Of a stretch of DNA of 64,000 nucleotides, positions 37,157 through 47,071 are shown one piece after another (positions within the stretch are counted from its first letter, which is position 1; each line of letters opens with the position of its first letter). The position numbers and the translations under genes are program-made. The stretch is from the IMG/VR virus record IMGVR_UViG_3300030103_003268, positions 1 to 64,000 of that record; one strand, given 5' to 3'. The DNA comes from a virus. Under the pieces are notes generated by a model. That model saw only the letters and a list, made by a program, of their open reading frames with translations, was not told the DNA's origin and ran no database searches.

Positions 37157-37820
37157 AAGAATGTATTGTATGTAAAAAAACCTTTACTCATGGTCGTTCC
37201 GACAAAAAGGTTTGTAGCCTAGAATGCAAAAAAACTCATCTTAAAGAATATTCTGCTAAATGGAGAAAACAAAATAAAGAAACTCTTGCGATTAAAAAAT
37301 CTGAATATCAAAAAAAGAATAGAAAGTATATTACAGAACGAAAGAAAAAATGGCGGGAAACGAAGAGGCCACCATTGGAAAACATTAAATGTAAGGAATG
37401 TAATAAACTCTTTACGCCAACAACGAGGGCTAAAAAAATTATTTTCTGTTCAAGAAAATGTCAGTTTAATAATTGGCAAAAACAACCTAAAAACAAACTT
37501 AATTGGGCAGTTCAAGACGCAGTAAGAAGAGGTATGAAAGGCATTATTCATAAAAGTATATACTTTGAAGGGCTATCCTTCACTATGGAAGAACTGAGAA
37601 CTCATTTAGAAAACCAATTTGATGATTGGATGAATTGGGATAATCACGGTCTTTGGCACATAGACCATATTAAACCCGTAGCCTCCTTTGATTTTACATC
37701 TATGGAGGATGAAGACTTCAAGAAGTGTTGGGCTTTAGAAAACTTACAGCCACTTAAAGACACAGAAAATATGAGAAAGAATCATTATTACTATAAAGCA
37801 AAGGAGATGGAAGTATGAAA
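37136..37820 (+). mobile_element. HNH insertion bounded by a GCAAAGGAGATGGAAG(A/T)ATGAAA duplication
   Basis: 37136-37158 versus 37798-37820, 22/23 identical. Confidence 0.7.
37153..37818 (+). CDS. HNH endonuclease with Zn fingers, flanked by 23-bp direct repeats
   Basis: CxxC/CSxxC motifs; WHIDHIKP...NLQPL...N..K. Confidence 0.85.
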   Translation: MKECIVCKKTFTHGRSDKKVCSLECKKTHLKEYSAKWRKQNKETLAIKKSEYQKKNRKYITERKKKWRETKRPPLENIKCKECNKLFTPTTRAKKIIFCSRKCQFNNWQKQPKNKLNWAVQDAVRRGMKGIIHKSIYFEGLSFTMEELRTHLENQFDDWMNWDNHGLWHIDHIKPVASFDFTSMEDEDFKKCWALENLQPLKDTENMRKNHYYYKAKEMEV

Positions 37821-37988
37821 ACAAAATACATTACAGTAAAAGTGTCTTATGACACAGAAGAAACATGGGATATTACTATGCAAGAAGTGAAAGAGATATT
37901 TCAAATGATGAACAATCTTAAACGGAATGCAATCATTACTGATATTGAACAGGGAGTGAATGAAAATGATGATGGACAGGACGAATGA
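37815..37988 (+). CDS. 57-aa hypothetical protein
   Basis: Manual translation MKTKYITVKVSYDTEETWD... Confidence 0.6.
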   Translation: MKTKYITVKVSYDTEETWDITMQEVKEIFQMMNNLKRNAIITDIEQGVNENDDGQDE

Positions 37989-38097
37989 ATTGCTGGAGGA
38001 ATTATTGATGATGATTAGCAGAAGCAATAAAATATTAATGATGGTTAATGTAGTTAATATCGCAACAATTATTACATTACTGGTGGTGGTATTATGA
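37966..38097 (+). CDS. Small membrane protein
   Basis: Manual translation MMMDRTNELLEELL...VNVVNIATIITLLVVVL. Confidence 0.55.
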   Translation: MMMDRTNELLEELLMMISRSNKILMMVNVVNIATIITLLVVVL

Positions 38098-38288
38098 AGG
38101 ATGAAGAATTTTACTTTGAAACATTGAAAGAAATAAAGAAAATGAAAGAGCACCTAGAAGAAGAATTAGAGGACTTAGAAATCAAACTGCGTTCTCTTAA
38201 ATTAGTTAAAAGACAGATTATGGAACTTCAAGATGAAGTTGCTAAAATGCAAAAACAACCTGTTGGTATGCTTTTTACTTTGAGATGA
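38094..38288 (+). CDS. Small coiled-coil protein
   Basis: ORF track. Confidence 0.65.
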   Translation: MKDEEFYFETLKEIKKMKEHLEEELEDLEIKLRSLKLVKRQIMELQDEVAKMQKQPVGMLFTLR

Positions 38289-38292
38289 TAAT

Positions 38293-39186
38293 ATGAAAGT
38301 AGTTTATGGACATACAGATTCTATCTATGTGCAGATAGATTCGGTGGAACAAGCACAAAAATCAATTAAAAAGATTGAGGCAAAAGTGCGTGAGAGTTTT
38401 CCTAATGTAATGGGATTAGACAATCATCCTGTTGTTCTTGAGTTTGAGAAGTATTATTCGGCATTGGGTGTAGGAACAACCAAAAACAGAAATGCAGGTT
38501 TAGTATCTTGGGAAGATGGAGAATGGTTAGAAAAGCCAAAGTTTAGCATGACTGGCTTTACGGCAAAGCGAGTTAGTGAAACAAAATTAGCAAAGAGAGT
38601 TCAAACTAATACTCTTAAAATGTGGGTTGAAGGTAAAACACAAGCAGAAATTGTGCAATACTTACACAGAGAATATACAACCGTTCTTGATGGGCAGATT
38701 AGCATAATGCCTCTTATTAAAAGAAGTCGTCTAAGGAAAAATCGTTTCACAGTAAAATGCCCTGAATGTAAAACACAGTATCATTTGCGTGATTGTGTTC
38801 ATTTAAAGCATGAAGTTTGTGAAAAGTGCGCTACTCCAACAAAACAATTTACTACTCTTGAGGGAAAGAAGCCGACAATTGGTTCAGGTATTGCTGGCGT
38901 TTTATATGCTTGGGAAAAGAAAGATGCTAATTTTGATGACTCTTATATTTACTTAAAAGTAAAGGGTGTAAATGATTTTTATACGCATCCTTTAACGCAT
39001 GAAAGGCGAGAAGTTGAATACATATCAGGCACAACCGCTAAGGATTTAGGCAGTTGTAGAGCAGACTTAGCCTTCTATTCGCAACAGGTTATCAAGAAGG
39101 CGGAACCCATTTTCAAGGCTATGGGATGGGACACATCGGCCATACGCACAGGAAAAATACAGTCAAGCCTTGACGAATGGTGGTGA
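38293..39186 (+). CDS. polB: Family B DNA polymerase, C-terminal part (motif C, thumb, Zn-finger insert, PIP box)
   Basis: VVYGHTDSIY, LEFEK, KNRNAG, CPEC/CEKC, ends QSSLDEWW. Confidence 0.92.
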   Translation: MKVVYGHTDSIYVQIDSVEQAQKSIKKIEAKVRESFPNVMGLDNHPVVLEFEKYYSALGVGTTKNRNAGLVSWEDGEWLEKPKFSMTGFTAKRVSETKLAKRVQTNTLKMWVEGKTQAEIVQYLHREYTTVLDGQISIMPLIKRSRLRKNRFTVKCPECKTQYHLRDCVHLKHEVCEKCATPTKQFTTLEGKKPTIGSGIAGVLYAWEKKDANFDDSYIYLKVKGVNDFYTHPLTHERREVEYISGTTAKDLGSCRADLAFYSQQVIKKAEPIFKAMGWDTSAIRTGKIQSSLDEWW

Positions 39187-39190
39187 AAAT

Positions 39191-40102
39191 ATGAACACAG
39201 ATGAAAAATACGAAGCAAGAATTAACTCAATGAGGCCATTTACCTATGATTGGAAAGCAGAAGATTATGACGACCCTTCAAAACCAATTCTAAAAATTAG
39301 CAAGTCTTCTCTTGTTGGTGCGTTTGCTTGGTGCAATAAAAAATATGAATTTTCATATATTCAAAGATTGCCTCAAGACCAAACAGAAGCCATGAGAAAG
39401 GGAACAATTCTTCACAATAACCGTGAAGAATTTTTTAATGTGTTTGATATTAAGAAAGCCGAAAGTATGAATAATACTGAAGTGCTTGAGTATTGCACAT
39501 CACTTATGCCTATTGATGATTATTTTGATATTTCCTTGACTGTTGCTGCATTTGAAGCACAACGGTTTATAGAAGCAAGAAGTGAAGGAAGAGTTGATGA
39601 ATACTTACCTGTTATTAACGAGCGAATGTTTGATTGTGAAATTACTGTTCCTCAAAATGTAAGTAAGAAATATCCTTTACAAAGGGATTATGTTGTGAGA
39701 CTTCAAGGGATTATTGACCGTGTGTTTATTGAAAACGGCAAATTGATTCCGTTTGAATATAAAACAGGCGGTTGGAAAGACTCAAAGTATAGCAGTATGC
39801 GTCAAGAGATGGCTTTCTATCAAGTGATGATTGAAAATGCTCCCGAAGAAGTGCTTGAAAAACACGGCCTAACAAAAGACATGGAAGTATCTCATTGGGG
39901 TTGGTATTATCCAGCCGCTAATCACATCACTGTTGAACCAGTTAAAAAGCGGTCAATGACTGCACTTTGGGATAATATTGCTAAGTTGATTTACACTTAT
40001 GAACAAGGGGAATTTCCCACTAGTTTCTGGAGACAAACCTGTTCTAATTGGTGTTCCTTTTATGGTATTTGTCCTGCGGCACAAGAGGATGCGTGGTTAT
40101 AA
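39191..40102 (+). CDS. Cas4/RecB-like PD-(D/E)XK nuclease
   Basis: GIIDRV, EYKTG, QEMAFY; N-terminal Cys plus CxxWCxFxxxC Fe-S pattern. Confidence 0.85.
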   Translation: MNTDEKYEARINSMRPFTYDWKAEDYDDPSKPILKISKSSLVGAFAWCNKKYEFSYIQRLPQDQTEAMRKGTILHNNREEFFNVFDIKKAESMNNTEVLEYCTSLMPIDDYFDISLTVAAFEAQRFIEARSEGRVDEYLPVINERMFDCEITVPQNVSKKYPLQRDYVVRLQGIIDRVFIENGKLIPFEYKTGGWKDSKYSSMRQEMAFYQVMIENAPEEVLEKHGLTKDMEVSHWGWYYPAANHITVEPVKKRSMTALWDNIAKLIYTYEQGEFPTSFWRQTCSNWCSFYGICPAAQEDAWL

Positions 40103-40473
40103 TGAAAGATTTAATTGAAAAGAAAGTGCTTGGAAGAAATTGGACATTCAATGAGATTTCTAATCTCAATGATACAGTAGCCAATCTATCGCAAGATATT
40201 TATTCAGAAATGTCTATTATTGAGAAATTTAAATTGGTTCAGGACTTAAGAATCAAAGACGATTATGTAGGAGCATATTTTGAAGATGTGCTTAAATTAA
40301 CAGTAATGACAGTCTTAAATGGCGAAATTGCTATGACAATCAAACAACTGCTCAATGGAGCAACAATTAATTTTGGAGGTAATACAAATGAAATTTCCGA
40401 GGGAAGTATGGGCGGGAAGCCACATCAAGAACGCCCCACAAATGAAAAGAAAAGTCGTCTTAGCGAGGAATGA
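40102..40473 (+). CDS. Hypothetical protein
   Basis: ORF track. Confidence 0.65.
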   Translation: MKDLIEKKVLGRNWTFNEISNLNDTVANLSQDIYSEMSIIEKFKLVQDLRIKDDYVGAYFEDVLKLTVMTVLNGEIAMTIKQLLNGATINFGGNTNEISEGSMGGKPHQERPTNEKKSRLSEE

Positions 40474-41428
40474 CTATGCTAACTTTATTAATGCTCAAAA
40501 TAACAGGACGAATGTATATACTACGGTCTATGATTTCCAGCATTTTTCGGAGAAAGCAAAGGTAGAATCCTCAGTAATTATTGATAGAATCTTTCTTGAT
40601 TTTGATGCACATGAAGATGAATTAGATTTGGCTTGGAGGGATGTTAAAGTGGTAATGCAATTAGTCCATCAAAAAGATTATCTACATACGCTTTTCTTTT
40701 CAGGTCGTGGTTTTCATCTATTTTTGTTTGGTAAAAAAACAAATAATATGAGAAATGTGCAAACTCTTTTCCGGGAAATTAAAGCCTATTTATCATCAAA
40801 AGTTGGTAGCAAAAATAGCCTTGATGATAGAGTAGGACAAACAACGAGATTACGCCGTATTCCAAATACTGTGAATATGTCATCTTCAGATGAAAATGGT
40901 AATCCTTATTATTGCATACCCCTGACACGATTTGACCTTATGTGTGAAGTTGAAGATATTCTTGAAATTGCTAAAGAGCCACGCCTTATCCCCTTCCAAA
41001 AGGGCGGAAAAAATGAGGTCGTGTTTCCCGATGCACCCCCCATTGAGGCGGTAGAAGGCGAAGTATCGGTTCCCGATACAGTAGGAAAACTCCCAATGTT
41101 GCCTTGTTTGCATAATGCAGTAATGACGGAGAATCCCTCGCATATGGCGAGAGCATACCTTGTTTCTTGGTATCGTGATTTGCTTTCGGGCTATCGTGAT
41201 TTGTCTTCAGGACAAGAGAAAATGAAAGTGCTTGACTTAACTGTTGAAGAACTTGAAAGAGTTTTTGCTGATTCTGATTCAGTATGGCTTGATTGGGATA
41301 AAAATGAAACGAGAAAACATGCAAGATTTACAGTATTCAATAACTACAATACGCCACATTGTGATAAATTAATCAGCGAAGGATTTTGTGTAGGTAAATG
41401 TTGGAGGTATTCAAATGCTAGTAATTGA
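40388..41428 (+). CDS. Archaeo-eukaryotic primase, catalytic domain fused to a PriL-like Cys-rich C-terminal domain
   Basis: FLDFD, FSGRGFH, RLRRIPNT, then LPCL...H..R...C....G.C...C. Confidence 0.85.
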   Translation: MKFPREVWAGSHIKNAPQMKRKVVLARNDYANFINAQNNRTNVYTTVYDFQHFSEKAKVESSVIIDRIFLDFDAHEDELDLAWRDVKVVMQLVHQKDYLHTLFFSGRGFHLFLFGKKTNNMRNVQTLFREIKAYLSSKVGSKNSLDDRVGQTTRLRRIPNTVNMSSSDENGNPYYCIPLTRFDLMCEVEDILEIAKEPRLIPFQKGGKNEVVFPDAPPIEAVEGEVSVPDTVGKLPMLPCLHNAVMTENPSHMARAYLVSWYRDLLSGYRDLSSGQEKMKVLDLTVEELERVFADSDSVWLDWDKNETRKHARFTVFNNYNTPHCDKLISEGFCVGKCWRYSNASN

Positions 41429-42104
41429 TTCAAGAGAGAAGTCCAAATTGGCTAAACTAGTTATGCAAAAAGCAAAGGGCTTAAATATACAATACGAACA
41501 GCGTTGGATTGAGATAGGCGACTATATCTACGATGATGTTTGTTTTGAAGCAAAATCAACAACCGACTTTTTAGGTTCAGTAATGACAAAAAGATTATGG
41601 ACTCAAATTGATAATATGGATAGGCACTATAAAACAAATGTAGTGATTATTCATGGTAGTCTTGATGAAGCAATTATTAATGTAGTTGAAAACTCGGAAA
41701 GCAAAATGCCCATCGGAACAAGAAGCATCATGCTCAATAATAAATTTCTCGGTGCAATTGGTAGGCTAATTCTTGATACAGATGTAAAACCAGTATGGGT
41801 TGAAACAGAAGAAGAGGCGGCTTTGATTATTACAGCAGTATGCAAAATGAAACCAATGACAAGAGATGTGATTGCACCTCAAGTATTTAAAAGATTAACT
41901 ACTGATGATTTGCGGCTAGATTTATTGTCTAGTATTAAAGGAGTATCAATTAAGAAGGCAAAAGAACTAATAAAACAATTTGGTTCTATTATGGAAATAG
42001 GTGAGTGTTCGGAATATGAACTACAAGCCATTGAAGGAATCGGAGAAACCTTAGCCAAAAGAATACTCTCCACATTAAACTCAGAAGAGAAGGTGAAAAT
42101 ATGA
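41415..42104 (+). CDS. ERCC4/XPF (Hef-like) nuclease with HhH domains
   Basis: VIDSRE, GDY, EAKS..DF, IKGVS and IEGIG HhH motifs. Confidence 0.9.
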   Translation: MLVIDSREKSKLAKLVMQKAKGLNIQYEQRWIEIGDYIYDDVCFEAKSTTDFLGSVMTKRLWTQIDNMDRHYKTNVVIIHGSLDEAIINVVENSESKMPIGTRSIMLNNKFLGAIGRLILDTDVKPVWVETEEEAALIITAVCKMKPMTRDVIAPQVFKRLTTDDLRLDLLSSIKGVSIKKAKELIKQFGSIMEIGECSEYELQAIEGIGETLAKRILSTLNSEEKVKI

Positions 42105-43564
42105 ATGAAGAATATAATGAAGAAGAATACATGGAAATATTTGAAACAAACGCAGGTGTTTTCAGCGAAGCCTTGCCTAAAGTCGTTAGAGACTTTCAAT
42201 CATCAGCAGTTGAAGTATCACACTACAATGATATTCCTGCTGGTATTAGTTTCTTTAATATCCTTGGCCAAGTAGTGAAAGATTTTATCACAATTCCTAA
42301 TGGAAGAAACCATGAAGATACCCGAATCCACTTTTGTTGGGTTCAAACAAGCGGAACTGGCAAATCTACTATGTGGAACTTTGTTGGGCCAGTGGCAGAA
42401 AAAACATTTGCGATGATTAATTCTGCAAACAATCATCCTCCTTTTGTTCGTAATAATCTACCAATGAATCGTATTTTCAATACATTCGGTGTGACTGATT
42501 ATACAGATTCAGTTCTTATTGGCGGATATGATAAAGAAGTAGATGATGATGGCGAAATTGAATATCAAAGAAGGCCAGGAGTTTTAGAAGGAAATGGTCT
42601 TGCTCATTGGGATGAATTTGAATATTCAGGTATCTTTAAGCAAAGCCAGCATAAAGAAAACTCAATTGTTTATCTCAATACTTTGATGAACTCATTAGCG
42701 GGCGAATCTTGGATTATTTCTAAGGCTTTGACTTCTTTTGGTGGCATGATTATGGAATGTTTTTGTGAGCGTTCAGTATTGGCTATGACTTATCCACCTA
42801 GTAATCTTAATGATGTAATGGCTGAAAAGGGTGTTCTTCAAAGAATGCTTTTGTATGTTTGGGAAGTTCCTGAGTTTATTCAACACAAGATGCGTCTTGA
42901 ACAAATTGAGAAAGCAGGAACCGTTGAAGAAGTTAATCAACCAATTGATAAATATGCGAATGCTTTGTATAAGATTTATGAATTAACCCGTGAAAGATTC
43001 AATCAAGTCGGTGGCGACCCACTTAAAACTATGAAATATACTCAAGACTTTAATCAAGTTCTAAGACTTGAATACGAAAGTATGCGTATGTATCTTCAAA
43101 ACACCCGACCCGATGTTGCTAAAATTGCGGGTAATTTTACCACCCGTTTGATGAAGATTCTGTATAAAATGTCTGTTCTTTGTAGTGTTGCATCTGCTCC
43201 TTCAATTAAAGATAAAGACCAACAATTCATTGTTACTGGGCATAATGTCCGTCAAGCAGCAACAATTGTCCGACAGTGTTATATGACATTGGTTGATTGG
43301 CTAGAGCGAAGCCTACGAGCGAAGCGCAAGAGCATAGCCGAAAACTCGCTTGAATCAGTCTTTATGGATATTTATAACAAAATGAAGAAAGATGACGATG
43401 GTTTCGTCAATAAGACTACTCTCTTAACAGAAGTCCGAACAAAGGCTAAAAAATCAAGAGCGCAAGTGTATAGACACTTTGATGTTATTAGACACAAGTT
43501 TGAAGAACAAAAAGGGCCAAGCAATAGGACTTACATTAAGTTGATAAGGAGTGATGAAGAATGA
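42101..43564 (+). CDS. AAA+ replicative helicase (MCM-related)
   Basis: QTSGTGKS, WDEFE, LQR arginine finger, C-terminal wHTH. Confidence 0.7.
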   Translation: MNEEYNEEEYMEIFETNAGVFSEALPKVVRDFQSSAVEVSHYNDIPAGISFFNILGQVVKDFITIPNGRNHEDTRIHFCWVQTSGTGKSTMWNFVGPVAEKTFAMINSANNHPPFVRNNLPMNRIFNTFGVTDYTDSVLIGGYDKEVDDDGEIEYQRRPGVLEGNGLAHWDEFEYSGIFKQSQHKENSIVYLNTLMNSLAGESWIISKALTSFGGMIMECFCERSVLAMTYPPSNLNDVMAEKGVLQRMLLYVWEVPEFIQHKMRLEQIEKAGTVEEVNQPIDKYANALYKIYELTRERFNQVGGDPLKTMKYTQDFNQVLRLEYESMRMYLQNTRPDVAKIAGNFTTRLMKILYKMSVLCSVASAPSIKDKDQQFIVTGHNVRQAATIVRQCYMTLVDWLERSLRAKRKSIAENSLESVFMDIYNKMKKDDDGFVNKTTLLTEVRTKAKKSRAQVYRHFDVIRHKFEEQKGPSNRTYIKLIRSDEE

Positions 43565-43788
43565 AGTGGGAAAACACATACCTAGTGTTTCAAGTTGAAA
43601 AGGGGCCAAAAGTGATTATTGATACTCTAAACACTTATGGCGACGATGGATGGGAATGTTGTTCGCAACTAATTGTTGCGAATAAGCAAATCGTGTGCTT
43701 TTTAAAGCGACGAACCGATACTGACGAGGAACCAAAGGTGAACAAGGAAGAAGAAAAGATTAGCAAACTTTGGTCTAACGGTGAATGA
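43561..43788 (+). CDS. DUF4177-like small protein
   Basis: MKWE...LNTYGDDGWE...FLKR. Confidence 0.65.
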   Translation: MKWENTYLVFQVEKGPKVIIDTLNTYGDDGWECCSQLIVANKQIVCFLKRRTDTDEEPKVNKEEEKISKLWSNGE

Positions 43789-43789
43789 T

Positions 43790-44383
43790 ATGTCTGTATT
43801 GGCTATTGATTTGGAAACCAAAAATATGTCGTATGACATTGGTGGTTTCGGTAATACGCATATGTTTCAAGTTTCAACCGTAGCAACATGGGATGGAAAT
43901 AATGGAACGGTTTATGTTGATGAACCTGTTGAATCGTTTGCTAAGTCGGGCCATACCGTAAAGTCCCTATCCGAACTTAAATATGATTTAGATAATCATT
44001 TTCAAAAGGGAGGACTATTGTTAGGGCACAATATTAAAGGGTTTGATTTGCCTGTTCTTAGAGATGCGATGGATATTTATTGCATTAATAAGTATATCAA
44101 AGAAGAGCAATTTATTGATACTTCAAGAATCCTGTTAAAAGAACACGGTGAAAGATTTCAACTAAAAAATCTAGTTAAATGCACCATGAATGATGCTAAA
44201 TTAATGGAAAGTGCTGATGCACCTAAATTATGGAAGATGGGTCAATATGATGATGTAGTTGAGTATTGTATGAAAGATACTCAATTAGTCTATGACCTTT
44301 GGAAATACGGACAAGATAACGGTATTGTTAAAGCCTTTTCCTTAGAAAAGGGAGAACATAAAGAATTAGAGGTGATGTGGTAA
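43790..44383 (+). CDS. DEDD/RNase H-like 3'-5' exonuclease
   Basis: IDLET, GHNIKGFD, YCMKD. Confidence 0.85.
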   Translation: MSVLAIDLETKNMSYDIGGFGNTHMFQVSTVATWDGNNGTVYVDEPVESFAKSGHTVKSLSELKYDLDNHFQKGGLLLGHNIKGFDLPVLRDAMDIYCINKYIKEEQFIDTSRILLKEHGERFQLKNLVKCTMNDAKLMESADAPKLWKMGQYDDVVEYCMKDTQLVYDLWKYGQDNGIVKAFSLEKGEHKELEVMW

Positions 44384-44529
44384 TGACGACATGGGAATGG
44401 ATTGGTTTATTCTTTTTCATCAGCGTTTTAATGCTTCTATTCTTTGCCGCTTTCGGTGGAACAAATATCACCGATGAAAGCGTTGAAGAATACATGAAGC
44501 GGCTGATGGGCGAAGATAGCCAAAAGTGA
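44383..44529 (+). CDS. Small membrane protein
   Basis: Manual translation MTTWEWIGLFFFISVLMLLFFAAFGG... Confidence 0.6.
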   Translation: MTTWEWIGLFFFISVLMLLFFAAFGGTNITDESVEEYMKRLMGEDSQK

Positions 44530-44533
44530 TGAT

Positions 44534-44677
44534 ATGGGATTGAAGCAAGAATGTTTCTACTGTAAAGAAAAAACAGTAGCAAGACGATTACTTGGCTTTT
44601 ATGTCGGTTCTACTGAACAGACAAAGTTATGGGAATGCCGAGCCTGTAATGCCATTTGGTCGGAAAAAACAAATTGA
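44534..44677 (+). CDS. Zn-ribbon microprotein
   Basis: Manual translation MGLKQECFYC...WECRACNAIW. Confidence 0.65.
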   Translation: MGLKQECFYCKEKTVARRLLGFYVGSTEQTKLWECRACNAIWSEKTN

Positions 44678-44708
44678 GGGGGAGCGTATGCTCCCTCTCT
44701 TTTTTTTT
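44676..44708 (+). terminator. Terminator where the replication and structural arms converge
   Basis: GAGGGGGAGC-GTAT-GCTCCCTCTC followed by a T-tract. Confidence 0.75.
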
Positions 44709-44850
44709 GGTTTTTCAACTTTTGTGAATTTTTTAAAAATTCATTAATCCTATTTTTTGTTCGTCCAAATGACGAGGTTTTGCTCTGGTTCAATTGCGAA
44801 CCAAGTTATAACAAACCCAAATACAAAACTTAGTAGAAATAAATAAAATA

Positions 44851-46716
44851 TCATGAAATTAACCCAGTAGTTGTTAAAGCCGTAATTAATGCATCTAACT
44901 TAGTTCTAAGATTAGTAATTTCTTGTTCTACATTAGCCAAATAAAGCCCTTGGTCTGAGGTAAATAACCCTGTTGCCGTAGGGTCTACGAAACCAGCCCC
45001 CGCAGTAGGATTAATAGCATTACCTCCTAAAGCACCAACAGATTGCCGAGTAGCGGGAGAAATACCATAAAAACCTACATTGGAACCATCATGATTTAAA
45101 CTACCATCTATTTCAATGTCTCCACCTGAACGAATACTTCCAACAACTAATCTTCCTTGAATATGTCTTCCATTACCCGTTATTCCGGTAATGTCGGTTG
45201 TAGAAACAATGTTAAAGGCAGAATAATTATTACTGCTACCTACTCCTAGATTATCATGTGCTGTATTGTCTGCATCTGCCACAGCATCATTTAAAACCCA
45301 ACCATCCTCTTGAAAGTTATTTTTAAGAAAAACCTCAATATTGTTTGTTGCATTTGCTATTTGTATTTGCAGAACTGCCCCATCATAAGTAGAGCCTTCT
45401 TTGATTCTTACTGCGCTAATACCTACCGTAGAGAAATGACTGGCATGTTCAACACTTATTCCATTTCCATTCCCCGCACCAAACAAATGACTGGCTGTTA
45501 AAATAATACTTTGATGTCTTGAAGAATCGGTATTTCTAATAAAAAATGTTCCTATTCCCCTTTGTTGTTGATTTGCTGATGAGCCATTACCTGCTCCATT
45601 CCACCCATCAATGTGAGCAATAGTGTGATAGCCAGTTGCTATATCGTCTGATAAATCTTGAAATTGGTTATACTGAACCCCATCAATTTGTATATCGCCA
45701 CTAGCCCTAATATTACCAGAAACAGTCAATTTTTCTGAAGGAGCATTTGTGCCAATACCCACATTTCCTGCATCATCAATTCTCATTCTTTCTGCTATTC
45801 CTGCATTTGCGTTATTAGTTGAAAATACTAAACTTCCATCATTAACTCCATCTGCCTCATTAACTGCGCTAATTCTTGCACCGACATAAGAAGTAGGGCC
45901 GTTAGAATCATAATTTTCTAAATCAATTCTAGCGTAATCAGTTCCCGCTGCGTTTCTTGCCCCTTCTATGCTTAGCGTTCTTGTTTGTCCCGAATCAACA
46001 CTTCTTGAAATTGCTGTATCACCTTTCACTTCTAATTTGGCTGTGGGTGCTGTTGCCCCAATACCTACTCTTGAAGATGAACCATCTACTCTCATTACTT
46101 CTGTTGATGCTCCGCCATCATTTGCTTTAAAAATAATATCCTTATCTTGCTCTAAAGCCTCAATTTCAATATCTCCAGCGTTGCTTTGAATTGTTAAACC
46201 CTCAGTATAGCCAGAATTGTCTCTACCAATGCTTAAACTGTTTTCAGTTTTATTAACAGTAAGATATTGAATACCTACATTCGCAGTTCCGTTATGGGTA
46301 ATAACCGCAATAATAGTGTCTCCTGCCGTATATTCAGGAACTTTATCAGCCGCAGTAGGGTTTCTTAAAACAACCGTTGATGTATCGGGAGTTGAGCCAT
46401 TACTATCTTCATCACTTTCAATTGGGGCAACTAGTAAATGATAACCATTTGTATGTGTTGAACTTAAGGTCAAATTATTAGCCCCAAGAACAGATAACTT
46501 TCTACCATCACGAAAAACAACTCCTGCGCTTACATCAATTTGTGTTGCGCTATCAACAGTAATGTTAAAACCACTAATTGCATAGTTTTGACCTAAACCA
46601 TGTGATAGTGCTTTAACTATCCCAGTATGGGGAAAATCTACACCATCTTCAATTTGATTTGGTGTTCCATGTGTGCTTTGTCCATAAAAGTTCGGATTAT
46701 TTACCATATTACTCAA
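44851..46716 (-). CDS. Tail fibre / receptor-binding protein
   Basis: G/S/T/N-rich; repeated VGIG..AP..KL.V.G motifs; C-terminal coiled coil. Confidence 0.75.
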   Translation of the reverse strand: MSNMVNNPNFYGQSTHGTPNQIEDGVDFPHTGIVKALSHGLGQNYAISGFNITVDSATQIDVSAGVVFRDGRKLSVLGANNLTLSSTHTNGYHLLVAPIESDEDSNGSTPDTSTVVLRNPTAADKVPEYTAGDTIIAVITHNGTANVGIQYLTVNKTENSLSIGRDNSGYTEGLTIQSNAGDIEIEALEQDKDIIFKANDGGASTEVMRVDGSSSRVGIGATAPTAKLEVKGDTAISRSVDSGQTRTLSIEGARNAAGTDYARIDLENYDSNGPTSYVGARISAVNEADGVNDGSLVFSTNNANAGIAERMRIDDAGNVGIGTNAPSEKLTVSGNIRASGDIQIDGVQYNQFQDLSDDIATGYHTIAHIDGWNGAGNGSSANQQQRGIGTFFIRNTDSSRHQSIILTASHLFGAGNGNGISVEHASHFSTVGISAVRIKEGSTYDGAVLQIQIANATNNIEVFLKNNFQEDGWVLNDAVADADNTAHDNLGVGSSNNYSAFNIVSTTDITGITGNGRHIQGRLVVGSIRSGGDIEIDGSLNHDGSNVGFYGISPATRQSVGALGGNAINPTAGAGFVDPTATGLFTSDQGLYLANVEQEITNLRTKLDALITALTTTGLIS

Positions 46717-47071
46717 CCTCCAACAATATAAACAGTTCTAATGTTTCTGTTGTGGAAAATGGGCCAACTCCTTGAAAGTTGGTTCTATATACCATTTTTT
46801 TATCATTTGGGGCAGGATTACCTGTGTTTCTAAAAAGACCAACTTCACGAATAACTTGTCCTTGAATATTCTGCCCATCTACTGACACTTTAACTTCAAT
46901 AACATTTAATGTGGAATTTGTAATTGTTAATGTTGTAGAGGCGGATAAAGGAACATCTAAATCGGTAGCAGTTGGACTAGTAGCATTTCCCCCAAGTCCA
47001 ATTTTTGCGGTATCAAAGAGGTTATCTTTAATATGTGTGGCAATCAATGTTTTTAATTCATCTGTAATCAT
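46709..47071 (-). CDS. Small tail/baseplate protein
   Basis: IGLGG...TATDL...IREVGLF pattern typical of tail-fibre-adjacent proteins. Confidence 0.65.
   Translation of the reverse strand: MITDELKTLIATHIKDNLFDTAKIGLGGNATSPTATDLDVPLSASTTLTITNSTLNVIEVKVSVDGQNIQGQVIREVGLFRNTGNPAPNDKKMVYRTNFQGVGPFSTTETLELFILLEVE

Noticed and set aside
37153-38292. Intein or group I intron interrupting polB
   Set aside because: PolB-N has a stop codon, the intervening DNA is filled with translationally coupled ORFs, PolB-C has its own ATG, and I saw no intein or intron core motifs.
39191-40102. Cas4 as evidence of a CRISPR-Cas system
   Set aside because: It is a solo Cas4-like nuclease within a replication operon, which is common in archaeal viruses; no cas1/cas2 or array is present.
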